Below, in pieces: positions 30,961 to 41,692 of a stretch of DNA of 64,000 nt. The notes under the pieces were generated by a model. It had not been told where the DNA came from. It saw only the letters and a program-made list of their open reading frames with translations, and ran no database searches. The position numbers and the translations under genes are program-made. Positions within the stretch are counted from its first letter, which is position 1, and the number at the start of each line of letters is the position of its first letter. Location of the stretch: IMG/VR virus record IMGVR_UViG_3300029305_003084. One strand, written 5' to 3'. This stretch comes from a virus. Taxonomy: Duplodnaviria > Caudoviricetes.

Positions 30961-32169
30961 ATGTTAGACGTTAATCCCTTCAAAGTTGGCAACGTGTATT
31001 TTTGTAAGATATATGGCAAGACCAACGTCATGACCTATAACAAAAGTCGTCCGGTTCTTATAGTCAGTACAGTGGCTTTAAGTGATGGTGCAGTTATGGT
31101 TGCTCCTATTACATCTAGAAAAGATAAGAATGGTATTAAGTGCAAGTTAAAGGATGATTGCGTTTCGACAATCGCAGTTGAAAGAATGATGCCAGTGAAT
31201 ATTAATAACTTAACTCGATTCATTGGTAACATTAGTGATAATATCATGACTGAAGTTAGACACGCAATAAACATCATGTTTAATGGTGGTTCCAAAGAAG
31301 ATATGAATAAGTACTTCCCTTTCAGAACGAAGTATAATGTTCATGTAACAGAAGGCCCTAAGAACATCTTTATCGATAGTAGTGAACCTATGAATATTAC
31401 TTCTGATGATGACCACATTAATGATGAAGTGTTCGATACTGAGCATATTTTTATGGTTACGGAACAACGTATTATTGACAATGACCCCGTAATTGTCACT
31501 ATTGGTGATTCTGATAATGTCCCTGATTCTGAAACCCTCCTTGAACCTGAATCCACATCCGATCCCGTAGCTATCTTTGACGACCCCAATCCTGAAACCA
31601 GCCCCGAACCCACAGATATCTCTGAGCATGAAATCCTTCCAAACCCTGAGGTCATGATTAATCTGGAAAAGATTAATCATAAACCTTTGATTAAGACTCA
31701 GACTTATACAACAATCATGGATATTATCAATGAGGGTAATATCATGAGTTGTGAAGATGTTATTAAAAGTTTCAAATTTAAACAGCTTAGTTCTCGTATG
31801 AATCAGTATGAGAAACATTACCGTGATATTATTATCACCGGTACTATTAGAGGATTACCGATATCTGATATATATAAGCTGATCGAAACTGGAACTATTA
31901 GTTCTGATTTCTTCAACATCGATAAGCCGTTCACTGTTAAAAAATCTAAGGTATTTACTGTAGATGAAAACATGAATGAACTTATTGAGGAAGGTCATAG
32001 GACTAAGCCTAATAAAAGAGGATATGTGAAAATTTCTACATTATCAGATGATGATCGTCTGTGGATTATTAATGCTGACGTACATGATATTGCAAACAAA
32101 TTTAATGTTGCGATATCCACAGCATACAGTTACAAAGCAAAAGTACGCAATTTACTTGGTGTGCAGTAA
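30961..32169 (+). CDS. PemK/MazF-like domain protein with long C-terminal extension
   Basis: GNVYF...KSRPVLIVS...VMVAPITS...STIAVERMMPV...L.RFIGNISD.IM.EV..AI. Confidence 0.75.
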   Translation: MLDVNPFKVGNVYFCKIYGKTNVMTYNKSRPVLIVSTVALSDGAVMVAPITSRKDKNGIKCKLKDDCVSTIAVERMMPVNINNLTRFIGNISDNIMTEVRHAINIMFNGGSKEDMNKYFPFRTKYNVHVTEGPKNIFIDSSEPMNITSDDDHINDEVFDTEHIFMVTEQRIIDNDPVIVTIGDSDNVPDSETLLEPESTSDPVAIFDDPNPETSPEPTDISEHEILPNPEVMINLEKINHKPLIKTQTYTTIMDIINEGNIMSCEDVIKSFKFKQLSSRMNQYEKHYRDIIITGTIRGLPISDIYKLIETGTISSDFFNIDKPFTVKKSKVFTVDENMNELIEEGHRTKPNKRGYVKISTLSDDDRLWIINADVHDIANKFNVAISTAYSYKAKVRNLLGVQ

Positions 32170-32312
32170 TTAAAAATAAGGGTAAATCTAATTAGATTTA
32201 CCCTTATTTTTTTCTATAATCCAATCGTTTTATCAAAAATTTCAAATATATATTATAGTAATAATAGTAAAGAAATAATTTACTATAATTTATGAAAGGA
32301 GTTTAATTAAAC

Positions 32313-33062
32313 ATGTTAGACCTAAATCCCTATAAGAAAGGATCAGTATTTTTCGCAAAAATTCCAAAGTCTAATGATGACTGGCCTCTTATGCAAAAAA
32401 ATCGTCCTGTAGTAGTTTTAAATGAAATCAATACATCGTATGGAAAAGTATTTGTTGCACCAATTACTACAAGACCAAACAAAAATGGCGTACCAGTCAA
32501 ATTAGAAGAAAAAGTCGATTCTACAATTTTAATTGATTATGCATTTCCCATTTTTGTAAAACATCTACATACATATTTAGGATCATTATCCGATTCAAAA
32601 ATGAGAGAAGTATGTTATGCTTTTGACATTTTCATGGGTAATATAGATGCATCTGAAGAAGATATTAAAAAATATTTTCCTAACCAATCAATTTATAATG
32701 TAGATATCGGACTAACAAAAGAATATAATATTCCCGTATCGTCTATTCAATCTCCAACCACACATACCCCATTACCTACAATACATACAATATCTGACCC
32801 CATTATTTTATCACCAAATGAAATAACAGAACTTCATGAAATTATTGAAAATGTCCCCGTTAACCTAGCACCAGAACCTATTGATAAACCTAAGCAAAAT
32901 CGAAAAGGTAGAGTTAAGTTTCCTAGTTTTAATACAATGTCTAGAGAAGAATTGTCCTGGTTTGCTAATTCTACTCCAGAAGCAATTGTTGCAGAATATG
33001 GTTGTTGTAAAGGAACTGCTGTCAAAAAGAAGAAACAAGCAACTGAAAAACTCAAGAGGTAA
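32313..33062 (+). CDS. PemK/MazF-like domain protein, tandem paralog
   Basis: KGSVFF...QKNRPVVVL...VFVAPITT...LGSLSDSKMREV; shares MLDxNP start and KKYFP..YNV with upstream gene. Confidence 0.75.
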   Translation: MLDLNPYKKGSVFFAKIPKSNDDWPLMQKNRPVVVLNEINTSYGKVFVAPITTRPNKNGVPVKLEEKVDSTILIDYAFPIFVKHLHTYLGSLSDSKMREVCYAFDIFMGNIDASEEDIKKYFPNQSIYNVDIGLTKEYNIPVSSIQSPTTHTPLPTIHTISDPIILSPNEITELHEIIENVPVNLAPEPIDKPKQNRKGRVKFPSFNTMSREELSWFANSTPEAIVAEYGCCKGTAVKKKKQATEKLKR

Positions 33063-33068
33063 AACTTT

Positions 33069-33374
33069 ATGAATAATATTATTGATTTTAAAACAAATAT
33101 ACCAAAACCAAATAAATCAAATATGAATATACCAGCATTCACATTTCTTGGTGATGGTACAATTCAAGTAAAAATGCATTTTGCATATGTTTCTAAATCA
33201 TCAATTAAGGAATTTTGCAATAATAATAGATTTCTATTAATATGTGCATGTGAAAGATTATTTAATATACGTCGTTTAAATATGAGTGATTATGAAAATT
33301 TTAATGTATTTTTAGATCATGATGACGATGTCGTATATGAGTTTAGACGCAAGAAAAATAATATGAAGGGGTAA
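33069..33374 (+). CDS. Hypothetical protein
   Basis: ORF after GAGG. Confidence 0.6.
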   Translation: MNNIIDFKTNIPKPNKSNMNIPAFTFLGDGTIQVKMHFAYVSKSSIKEFCNNNRFLLICACERLFNIRRLNMSDYENFNVFLDHDDDVVYEFRRKKNNMKG

Positions 33375-33395
33375 GTATTAACTTACCCCTTCATA

Positions 33396-33593
33396 TTATA
33401 AATTTTTATTCTGTTCAATAGATTGACGAATCATTTCATCAATATCCATATCAACACCCATCTCATTATTACGTTTCTTTACTTTCTTTTCAGTAGGATC
33501 TTCAATGTTTAAAGAGCCAAAGTTACCAACTTCAGTAACAACTGATAAATCACCATAATTCATAGTTTCAGACATACGAAAACATCCTTTCAT
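33396..33593 (-). CDS. Small hypothetical protein (start probably MSETM)
   Basis: Late promoter at about 33612, RBS AAAGGA. Confidence 0.55.
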   Translation of the reverse strand: MKGCFRMSETMNYGDLSVVTEVGNFGSLNIEDPTEKKVKKRNNEMGVDMDIDEMIRQSIEQNKNL

Positions 33594-33665
33594 ATTAAAT
33601 TATATAGATGTTATTCGTATAATAATAAACCGCTAAATTTAAAATTACGTAAATAGGAGGAGATT

Positions 33666-34160
33666 ATGTATAATACAGTAAGTGCAATTTTATTTAGCAA
33701 AGGAAGTTGGTTTAAAGAACTTAATAAAAATTATGATACAATTCATTATAAAAATATCATTACTGGTGATGAAGAATGGTATAGATTTGATAATAATGGG
33801 TATGAATGTTATTGTAAATTTAGTTTAGGCGTTGAAATTTGGATGATTAATGATAATATCGGAAATGCGTTATATATGAAATGTAAACAGAATAATGATG
33901 ACACGTATGAAGAACATTGGTGGGAATATGATCATAAAATTGCAGCATTAACGAATCAATTTACATCATATAAAGATAGTTACGGTTATTGGGCTAAATG
34001 TAAATATGATGAGCATGGTAGAATTATATATTACGAAAATTCTTTATTCCATAAAGAATGGACGAAATATGATGATATAGAACAACTAGTATACGTTACA
34101 GATAATGATGGAGATTACAGAGTATATACATTTGATGACTTAAATATTAAAAAAGTATAA
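33666..34160 (+). CDS. Hypothetical protein with YD/W-x-x-YD repeats
   Basis: EHWWEYDH, AKCKYDEHGRIIY, EWTKYDD. Confidence 0.7.
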   Translation: MYNTVSAILFSKGSWFKELNKNYDTIHYKNIITGDEEWYRFDNNGYECYCKFSLGVEIWMINDNIGNALYMKCKQNNDDTYEEHWWEYDHKIAALTNQFTSYKDSYGYWAKCKYDEHGRIIYYENSLFHKEWTKYDDIEQLVYVTDNDGDYRVYTFDDLNIKKV

Positions 34161-34188
34161 ATAATATAATTATAAAGGAGCATTAATT

Positions 34189-34500
34189 ATGAACATCAAC
34201 GATTTTGCTAGAACTACTGTAAACATGGATAATTATTTTAGTCCTCCTGAAATTATTGAAAATGCATTAGATAATAAGCACATTTGGATTAAATTTAATA
34301 TTATTCCGAATATTAGTAGATTTCATATCATTAAGCTTGTAACTGAGAACAGCGGTCCTCTGTTATTAGGAATGAATTATGCATTATGTCAAAGATTTAA
34401 TTTAGAATATATGCAGGATTGGCCTATCATGAATTTCCATGTCACCGATACTGAATTTGGTGATAAGGATGTCACTTTTAAGTTAATTCAAACTAACTAA
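34189..34500 (+). CDS. Hypothetical protein; putative target of the 42.7-kb antisense RNA
   Basis: RBS AAAGGAG; ORF 103 aa. Confidence 0.7.
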   Translation: MNINDFARTTVNMDNYFSPPEIIENALDNKHIWIKFNIIPNISRFHIIKLVTENSGPLLLGMNYALCQRFNLEYMQDWPIMNFHVTDTEFGDKDVTFKLIQTN

Positions 34501-34554
34501 AATAACTAATAAAGGGTATGTTTCATACATACCCTTTATTTTTTTAATAAATAT

Positions 34555-34572
34555 TTCAATTATATATTATAT
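34555..34572 (+). promoter_or_regulatory. Representative early-type promoter (A/T)TATATATTAT (about 15 copies)
   Basis: Also at about 30843, 32243, 38682, 43283, 46768 (+) and about 1775, 3165, 6690, 7860, 12805, 17510, 20445, 22040, 25705, 30745 (-). Confidence 0.7.
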
Positions 34573-34598
34573 TAGTGAGTCCACAATAAAATAATTAA

Positions 34599-35270
34599 AT
34601 GTGGGGTGTTAAAAAAATGAGTAATAAAAGTACACATACACGATATTATAATAAAAAAGGTATTGAAGTACCTTCTGCGACTACTGTATTAAAATTATTA
34701 AATAAACCAGCATTGGTTTATTGGGCAAATTATTTAGGATTTAGAAATCTTGATGTAGATGAAGTAGTTAATGAGTCTGCAAGATTAGGGACATTAATTC
34801 ATTGGTTAATTAATGCGTATTTAGAAAAATCATTAATTATCTATGTTCCGGATGGAGAATTTCCAACAAAATTAGTTTCATCATATTTCAATTCATTTAA
34901 AGTATGGTATAACACAAATGATGTAGAACCAATATTATTAGAAAAATCATTCAGTTCAGATTTAGTTGGTGGTACATTAGATTTCTACGGAAAAATTAAT
35001 GGTAAATTAACTTTACTAGATTTTAAAACATCAAAAAAGATTAGACTTAGTATGTTTTTCCAACTTGCAATTTATTGTATCTTATTAGAAGAGAATGGAT
35101 ATGAAGTAGAACAGGTTGGAATATTACTAGTCAATAATAGAAACCGAGATGAAAAATATTTAACACGAGAAGAGTTAAACCCTTATATAGATTTTGTAAA
35201 AGAATTAATCAATCTATTTCATTCTTATAAGTCAATTAACAATAAAGATAAATGGAATGAAACCATTTAA
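34599..35270 (+). CDS. PD-(D/E)XK exonuclease (start probably 34617)
   Basis: VPSATTVL, GTLIH, E...GGTLD...LLDFKTS...QLAIY. Confidence 0.85.
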   Translation: MWGVKKMSNKSTHTRYYNKKGIEVPSATTVLKLLNKPALVYWANYLGFRNLDVDEVVNESARLGTLIHWLINAYLEKSLIIYVPDGEFPTKLVSSYFNSFKVWYNTNDVEPILLEKSFSSDLVGGTLDFYGKINGKLTLLDFKTSKKIRLSMFFQLAIYCILLEENGYEVEQVGILLVNNRNRDEKYLTREELNPYIDFVKELINLFHSYKSINNKDKWNETI

Positions 35271-35276
35271 AATAAT

Positions 35277-36461
35277 ATGAAAGCGGTGACATATATGTGT
35301 GAAAAAACATATATTGGAGCGGTTATATCAGATATCCATGCTGGAGCTATGGATGCAGTAACTTTATTAGAAGAATTGGATAAAGGATTTTTAAAATATT
35401 TAAAATCTTTAAAAATCCTTGATTATGTGGTTATTACAGGAGATTTATTTGATAATAAATTATCATTGAACTCTGATCACACTAAATATATATTTATATG
35501 TCTTAAAAAATTAGCAGATATCTGTATTAAAAAGAATGCAAAATTAAGAATTATAAAAGGTACAACTTTTCACGATAATCGTCAATTGGATATATTGAAA
35601 TTTTTATCTACATCTAATTTAGATATTAAAATTTATGACACGGTAGATACTGAGGAATTATTTCCAAATTTCAATGTGTTATATATTCCAGAAGAGTATA
35701 TGTCTAATAAGGACGAATATTATAAAGAATATTTTAATCAAACATATGACATGGTATTTGGACATGGGTTATTTAATGAAGTTGCATTTGTTGCTAAGTC
35801 ACAAATGTCTGAAGTAACTCATAATAAAGCACCAATATTTAAAAGTGAAGAAATATTAAATATTTGCAAAGGGCCGGTATTCTTTGGTCATATTCATAAG
35901 GCTCAACAAATTAAAGATAGAATATATTATGTAGGGTCATATAGCCGATGGATATTCGGAGAGGAAGAGCCAAAAGGATTTATGATTGTTGCATATACAC
36001 CAGAAACTTCTAAATTTGAAGTAGAATTTATTGAAAATCAATTAGCACCATTATACAATACTATGCTAATTGATTATAATTCATCATTTTATAAGAATGA
36101 TGAAAACCAACAAATTAATTATATTATCTCGATGGTTCAAAATTTAAATGTTGAACGTCTTCGAATAATATTCAATATACCAGAAGATTATCCAAATCCA
36201 ACATTATTGACAAATTTAATTAATGACGTATTTAGTAAATATAAATATATTAAAGTCGTTATAAATAATAATAGTAGAGAAAAACAAAAGAAAAAAGAAA
36301 TGGAAGATAAAATCAAAATGTTATTAACAACTTATGATTTTATCTTCGATAAAGGAGTTTCAACAGAAGAAAAATTATCTAGATTTATCAAATTAAAATA
36401 TAATAAAGATATTTCTATTCCACGAATGAGAAATTATTTATATCAGAAAATTAATTTTTAA
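35277..36461 (+). CDS. sbcD: SbcD/Mre11-like metallophosphoesterase nuclease
   Basis: ISDIH, TGDLFD, GTTFHD, GHG, FGHIH, YVGSY. Confidence 0.88.
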   Translation: MKAVTYMCEKTYIGAVISDIHAGAMDAVTLLEELDKGFLKYLKSLKILDYVVITGDLFDNKLSLNSDHTKYIFICLKKLADICIKKNAKLRIIKGTTFHDNRQLDILKFLSTSNLDIKIYDTVDTEELFPNFNVLYIPEEYMSNKDEYYKEYFNQTYDMVFGHGLFNEVAFVAKSQMSEVTHNKAPIFKSEEILNICKGPVFFGHIHKAQQIKDRIYYVGSYSRWIFGEEEPKGFMIVAYTPETSKFEVEFIENQLAPLYNTMLIDYNSSFYKNDENQQINYIISMVQNLNVERLRIIFNIPEDYPNPTLLTNLINDVFSKYKYIKVVINNNSREKQKKKEMEDKIKMLLTTYDFIFDKGVSTEEKLSRFIKLKYNKDISIPRMRNYLYQKINF

Positions 36462-36472
36462 GGAGTATAGTT

Positions 36473-36922
36473 ATGGATATTAGAGATATTCGCTTAGTTC
36501 CGTACTATTTTAAAAGAGATTATTATAGTAAGTTTACAATTGAAGAAATACGGGATATGATTAATGATCAGATCCCGTATTATAAGTCATTATCAAAACT
36601 TACTGACTTGCATAATGTTGTAAAATTTAGTTTAATGTACTTATTCGATAAAAAGTATCCTTCTCGGCATATTAATGAAAATGAATGGATCGTTAATAAA
36701 ACTAGTCAAATTTCTGTAACAAAAGAAGAAGATGATGATAATATCACATTCACTCTAAATAATAAAAGAACTGGGAAATTTGATTCAGTATTTAATATTA
36801 TTATGGTATATATCAAACAAGGTAAATATATTATACCATTTTCATCTGTAGTATTAGAAGAAGATTTTGTATTTAATAAAGATACAAATAATACATTTAT
36901 TATGAAATTAAAGAAAGAATAA
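36473..36922 (+). CDS. Hypothetical protein
   Basis: ORF with AAGGAG RBS. Confidence 0.7.
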   Translation: MDIRDIRLVPYYFKRDYYSKFTIEEIRDMINDQIPYYKSLSKLTDLHNVVKFSLMYLFDKKYPSRHINENEWIVNKTSQISVTKEEDDDNITFTLNNKRTGKFDSVFNIIMVYIKQGKYIIPFSSVVLEEDFVFNKDTNNTFIMKLKKE

Positions 36923-36973
36923 TAAGTTAACCCCTTAAAAACATTATTTTGATATAAGGGAGAGTGAGTTATT

Positions 36974-38617
36974 TTGTTATTTAAAACAAATAAAACAAAC
37001 CAACAAGATCCAAATAAATTAAAACTTCAATTCAAATTTGACATTACTATGTTAAATATGATGATTGGATATATTTTTAAAAAATCTGTTCAAATAACCA
37101 GAAAATCACTTACAAATATGCGACGGTTATTTGATATTTTAGATGTTTCAATATATGAAAATAATGAACAGGCATATGCTAGAGTAAATTTTATTATCAA
37201 TGCACTAAATGCTAAACTAGTTGAAGGCTTTGAAAATGATGAGATGATTATTAATTATTGTCGTACAGATATATCGAATGAGTATAATGATGAAATTATA
37301 GAAAATCTTCCATTATACATGAAAATAAATTATGATGAAATTCGTCATATAAATAAAAGTGTAGAAGATAGATTACAGTATTATTATTTATTGATATATA
37401 AAGATCCGATATATGATACTGTTGAAAGGTTAGATTCTGGTGAGTATAAATCATTTTATGAAATTAATAATAAACTATTCAATATTTGTACAGATTTTAT
37501 CAATCACACAAGAAAAGTAAAAAGTTTAGACTCTGGTGATGAATTTTCATTATCTAATGAAAACTTTGAAAGTAACGTGATGGATATTGTTACAAAATTA
37601 AAAAATCCATCAAGACAGATACGAACAGGAATTCAAAAATTAAATGAGATACTATCTCCAGCATTTATGAGTGGTCGATTATATACGTTTATGGGCTTAC
37701 CTGGTGGTTGGAAATCTGGTATGTTACTTAAAGTATTACGAGACACTAAAAAATATAATACTGGTATTCAGGTTAAAAAACCAGGAAAACGACCTTGTGC
37801 ATTAATGATAACAATGGAAAATGACATCGCCGAAACGGTTGAACGTTTATTCAATATGGCAATATCTGATGAAAATATCAGAGATAAAACACCTAAACAA
37901 GTTATTGATCTTATTAAAAAAAGTGGTGAATTATCATTAACAGATGATAATGATATTGATATTGTAATTAGATATTACCCTAATAGAAGTATTGATACAT
38001 CAGATATTTATACAATAATCGATGATTTAGCAGATGATGGTAAAGAAGTTATTATACTTGTATTAGACTATTTGAAGCGTATTAAGCCTGCAGAATATTC
38101 TAAAGAAGAAAAAACTGAGTTAAAAAATATTACTAATGAATTAAAAACAATTGCGTTAGAATATGATATTCCAGTCGTTACTGCACACCAGTTGAATAGA
38201 GCGGGAGCTAATACTATTGATGCTGCTATGATGTCCAATAAAGAAGATTTAGCAAGATTCTTAGGTAGATCCAACGTAGGAAGTGCCTGGGAGATCGTAG
38301 AGAATTGTGACTGGGTATGTATTATCAATGTTGAAAAGAAAAGATCAACTGGACAATACTATTTAACATTTAAAAGAGTTAAAATTAGATATAAGAATGT
38401 ATCTGATCTAGGTTATTTTAATCATCCTTTTGAGATGAATAATAGAATGAGACTTATTGATGATATTTATATGGAGAAATCATTATCTGAAGATAGTCTT
38501 GCATCTGATTTTGATGGTGTTGATTTATTGAATAAAAAAGGTAAACGTAACGCAACTGAACGAGAAGAAATAGAAGATAGTAGTCTATTTGATTTTAGTT
38601 CTAGTTTAACAAAGTAA
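36974..38617 (+). CDS. dnaB: DnaB-like replicative helicase
   Basis: IRTGIQKLN, GLPGGWKS, ITMEN, VLDYL, ELKTIA..YDIPVVTAHQLNR. Confidence 0.88.
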   Translation: MLFKTNKTNQQDPNKLKLQFKFDITMLNMMIGYIFKKSVQITRKSLTNMRRLFDILDVSIYENNEQAYARVNFIINALNAKLVEGFENDEMIINYCRTDISNEYNDEIIENLPLYMKINYDEIRHINKSVEDRLQYYYLLIYKDPIYDTVERLDSGEYKSFYEINNKLFNICTDFINHTRKVKSLDSGDEFSLSNENFESNVMDIVTKLKNPSRQIRTGIQKLNEILSPAFMSGRLYTFMGLPGGWKSGMLLKVLRDTKKYNTGIQVKKPGKRPCALMITMENDIAETVERLFNMAISDENIRDKTPKQVIDLIKKSGELSLTDDNDIDIVIRYYPNRSIDTSDIYTIIDDLADDGKEVIILVLDYLKRIKPAEYSKEEKTELKNITNELKTIALEYDIPVVTAHQLNRAGANTIDAAMMSNKEDLARFLGRSNVGSAWEIVENCDWVCIINVEKKRSTGQYYLTFKRVKIRYKNVSDLGYFNHPFEMNNRMRLIDDIYMEKSLSEDSLASDFDGVDLLNKKGKRNATEREEIEDSSLFDFSSSLTK

Positions 38618-38739
38618 TAATGATATGGGGATAATTAATTTTATCTCCATATCATTTTTTTTCGTAAAATTAAAAATTATAATTATATATTATAATCTAA
38701 ATAAAGAAGGAAAACTTCATAAACCAGAAAGGAAATATT

Positions 38740-39435
38740 ATGAAAAAATATGAACTGACTAACGAGACTATGGAATTCCCTGATAACATCATTTTTTATC
38801 GTATTCGTGCACTGAGAGATTTCGGTGATGTTAAGAAGGGTGATCTTGGTGGATATATTGAGAAAGAAGATAATCTTTCTCATGATGGAGATTGTTGGGT
38901 ATATGGAAATGCTACGGTAATTGGAGATGCTAGAGTATATGAAAATGCTCGAATATTTGGAAATGCTGATATACATGGAAATGCTCGAGTATATGGAAAT
39001 GCTCAGGTACACGGATATACCGATGTATTTGGAAATGCTCGAGTATATGGAAATGCCGAAGTATATGGAGATGCTGATGTATATGGAGATGCTGATGTAT
39101 ATGGAGATGCTTTAGTATGTGGATGTGCTGATGTATCTGGAAATGCTCGAGTATGTGGAAATGCTCAGGTATTTGATGATATTTTAGTATCTGGAAATGA
39201 TCGTATATTTAAAACTAATCAGGATATTCAAAGAGAACAAAACTCTTTTCGCGACAAAATACAGGGGGTAAATAAAAAGGCTAATGAGTTAGAAAAACTC
39301 AAAAAAGACCAAGATAAACTTAAAGAGTTATTAGAATCTTCTCTGGTATATATGCGTACAAAAGAAGTTGATGCTGAGTATGTAAAACTACGAGATAAAC
39401 TCGATCGATGTTTCCAGATCTTAGCTGAAGAATAA
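38740..39435 (+). CDS. Hexapeptide-repeat protein with C-terminal coiled coil
   Basis: Paralog of 7214-7822; (VYGNAR/VYGDAD)n. Confidence 0.82.
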   Translation: MKKYELTNETMEFPDNIIFYRIRALRDFGDVKKGDLGGYIEKEDNLSHDGDCWVYGNATVIGDARVYENARIFGNADIHGNARVYGNAQVHGYTDVFGNARVYGNAEVYGDADVYGDADVYGDALVCGCADVSGNARVCGNAQVFDDILVSGNDRIFKTNQDIQREQNSFRDKIQGVNKKANELEKLKKDQDKLKELLESSLVYMRTKEVDAEYVKLRDKLDRCFQILAEE

Positions 39436-39475
39436 AAATAAAGGGAATGGTAAATTTACCATTCCCTTTATTTTT

Positions 39476-39904
39476 TTATCTTCCAATCAATACTTCATTA
39501 TCATTAATATCATCAGCAGATCGAACCAATATATCATTAATTACTTCAAAAATTGTTGGTCTAAATGCTCTAAATGTTTTGGCATCAAACTGAGTTACAC
39601 TGGTCCAATGATTTACTTTTAATAACAATGACCATAGCTCTGCTGTACCATATGTTTCATAACAAAACAATTTAGGTTGGAATCGATATCTAGCGTGTTC
39701 CATATCACTCAATGTTAAATTATAACAATGGCGTAAAATTATATCGTAATATTTATTAGCCAATGATGTATAATTAATAATTAATGTATTATCATTAGAT
39801 TCTACTAGAGATTTTAAATACATTTTATCATGAGAAAAGTCTAGTTGTTTATTATAAGTATATAATGATCCAATAGTAGGATAGTTATTAATATCACTAT
39901 TCAA
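39476..39904 (-). CDS. LysM-like/baseplate-wedge-like protein
   Basis: YRFQPKLFCYETYGTAELWSLLLKVN motif typical of gp53/LysM-like proteins. Confidence 0.55.
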   Translation of the reverse strand: MNSDINNYPTIGSLYTYNKQLDFSHDKMYLKSLVESNDNTLIINYTSLANKYYDIILRHCYNLTLSDMEHARYRFQPKLFCYETYGTAELWSLLLKVNHWTSVTQFDAKTFRAFRPTIFEVINDILVRSADDINDNEVLIGR

Positions 39905-39926
39905 AGAGTATCACCACTTTCTTTTT

Positions 39927-40319
39927 TCATTCATAATCAACGATTGTTAATGTTTTATAATCACCATTCGTACATGAACATCTCAATTTAGTTCCACTAC
40001 GAATAATAGTTGGATAAGTATCTGATGGACGTGCATATATCGTAGCGATATCTTCTAAACTACACTGAGGTGATCGTTTTATTGTAATATAATCATATGT
40101 ATATATAGATGATGACACAGATGGTTTACAATCAGGTGCATTAACTAATATATTTTTATTAAAACTTTCTCGTCCTTTTTTTGATACATTGGGCATGATT
40201 CTAGGAATCTTTACCATAAATGTGGTATTATAATATTTTTGATTTCCAACAAGATAACAATACTCAGTATTTTGTAATTCCAATTCCGATACATTTGCAA
40301 TATTAGACATATAAATCAA
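39927..40319 (-). CDS. Hypothetical late protein
   Basis: Late promoter at about 40342, RBS GAAAGG. Confidence 0.65.
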   Translation of the reverse strand: MIYMSNIANVSELELQNTEYCYLVGNQKYYNTTFMVKIPRIMPNVSKKGRESFNKNILVNAPDCKPSVSSSIYTYDYITIKRSPQCSLEDIATIYARPSDTYPTIIRSGTKLRCSCTNGDYKTLTIVDYE

Positions 40320-40418
40320 CCTTTCTAGTATTACTGTAATGTTTTCTTATAGAAAATATATGAAATATGATACAATATATAACATTATTATTAATACTGA
40401 ATTTTAAATAAATAATAG

Positions 40419-41600
40419 TTGGTGATATTAATGAATTTAGAATTAACCAATCAACAAAAAGAAGCTTTAAATAAAGCAAAAAACTGGTGGAAAACCAAAT
40501 ATAAACAAACATTTGAAATTAGTGGAATTGCTGGATCAGGTAAGACTACTATTGTATATAGTTTAATCGAATCAATCGGATTAAAACATGATGAAGTTTT
40601 ATTTATGGCATTTGTAGGTAAAGCTACATTGGCATTAGCTCGAAAGGGTAATTATGCACAAACTATTCATAGTACAATATATGATTTTTCAAAAAAAGTT
40701 AATAAATCAATAAGTAAAATTGATTTAGAAAATGAAAAAATTAAATATGATATTGTATTCACTAAAAAAGATCGTTTACCTAAAAATATAAAATTATTAG
40801 TCGTTGATGAAGCTGGTATGGTATCTGAAAGTATTGCTAGAGATATTCTCTCATATGATATTCCGGTAATTGCATTAGGTGATAATAATCAGCTTGATCC
40901 AGTTTTTGGTGAACGATATTTTCTTAAAAATCCTGATATCACATTAACAGAACCTATGAGACAGGCATTAGATTCTCCTATTATATATTTAGCTCAGCAG
41001 GCATTGAAGGGAAAATATATTAAACGCGGAAATTACAATAATGAGTGTTTTGTTATTGACAAAAGTATGATTACTGATAATATGTTAATAAAATCAGATA
41101 TTGTATTATGTGGTACAAATAAAATGCGACATAAATTAAATAAGCAAATTAGAGAAGATATATTAAAAATAGATAATGATTTACCTGTTATTGGAGATAA
41201 ATTAATATGTAGAAAAAATAATTGGAGACAGTCTATTGATAATAATATATTTTTAATTAATGGAATGGTAGGATACGTCGATGATATTTATCTAGAATCT
41301 TATAAAAATGGTTCTATCAATATAGATTTTAGACCAGATTTTTTAGATGATGAATATTTTGATAATATACGTATTGACCTTAACCATATTAAAAATAGTT
41401 CTGGTCCAACATCATATAATCGGTTTAATAAAAGTAATGTATTTGAATATGGTTATGCAATAACGGTACATTTATCTCAAGGTTCTGAATGGGATAAAGT
41501 ATTTTTATATGATGATTGTTATGGTAGTAATGATTATAGACGAAAATTATTATATACAGCAATTACTAGATCAAAAAAGAATTTAATAATTGCAATGTAA
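40419..41600 (+). CDS. RecD/Dda-like SF1B helicase
   Basis: SGIAGSGKTT, TIHS, VVDEAGM, LGDNNQL, MRQ, YAITVHLSQGSEW, LYTAITR. Confidence 0.92.
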   Translation: MVILMNLELTNQQKEALNKAKNWWKTKYKQTFEISGIAGSGKTTIVYSLIESIGLKHDEVLFMAFVGKATLALARKGNYAQTIHSTIYDFSKKVNKSISKIDLENEKIKYDIVFTKKDRLPKNIKLLVVDEAGMVSESIARDILSYDIPVIALGDNNQLDPVFGERYFLKNPDITLTEPMRQALDSPIIYLAQQALKGKYIKRGNYNNECFVIDKSMITDNMLIKSDIVLCGTNKMRHKLNKQIREDILKIDNDLPVIGDKLICRKNNWRQSIDNNIFLINGMVGYVDDIYLESYKNGSINIDFRPDFLDDEYFDNIRIDLNHIKNSSGPTSYNRFNKSNVFEYGYAITVHLSQGSEWDKVFLYDDCYGSNDYRRKLLYTAITRSKKNLIIAM

Positions 41601-41692
41601 TAAATATTATATAAAATATATAACAAAATTATAAATGAGTATCGGAGAGGACTGATACTTAAAATTTATATTTATTTAGGAGGAATTAGATT

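Noticed and set aside
34599-35270. Cas4-like nuclease as a spacer-acquisition factor for the array
   Set aside because: 28 kb away, lacks the Fe-S cysteines, and lies in an SbcD/helicase replication operon.
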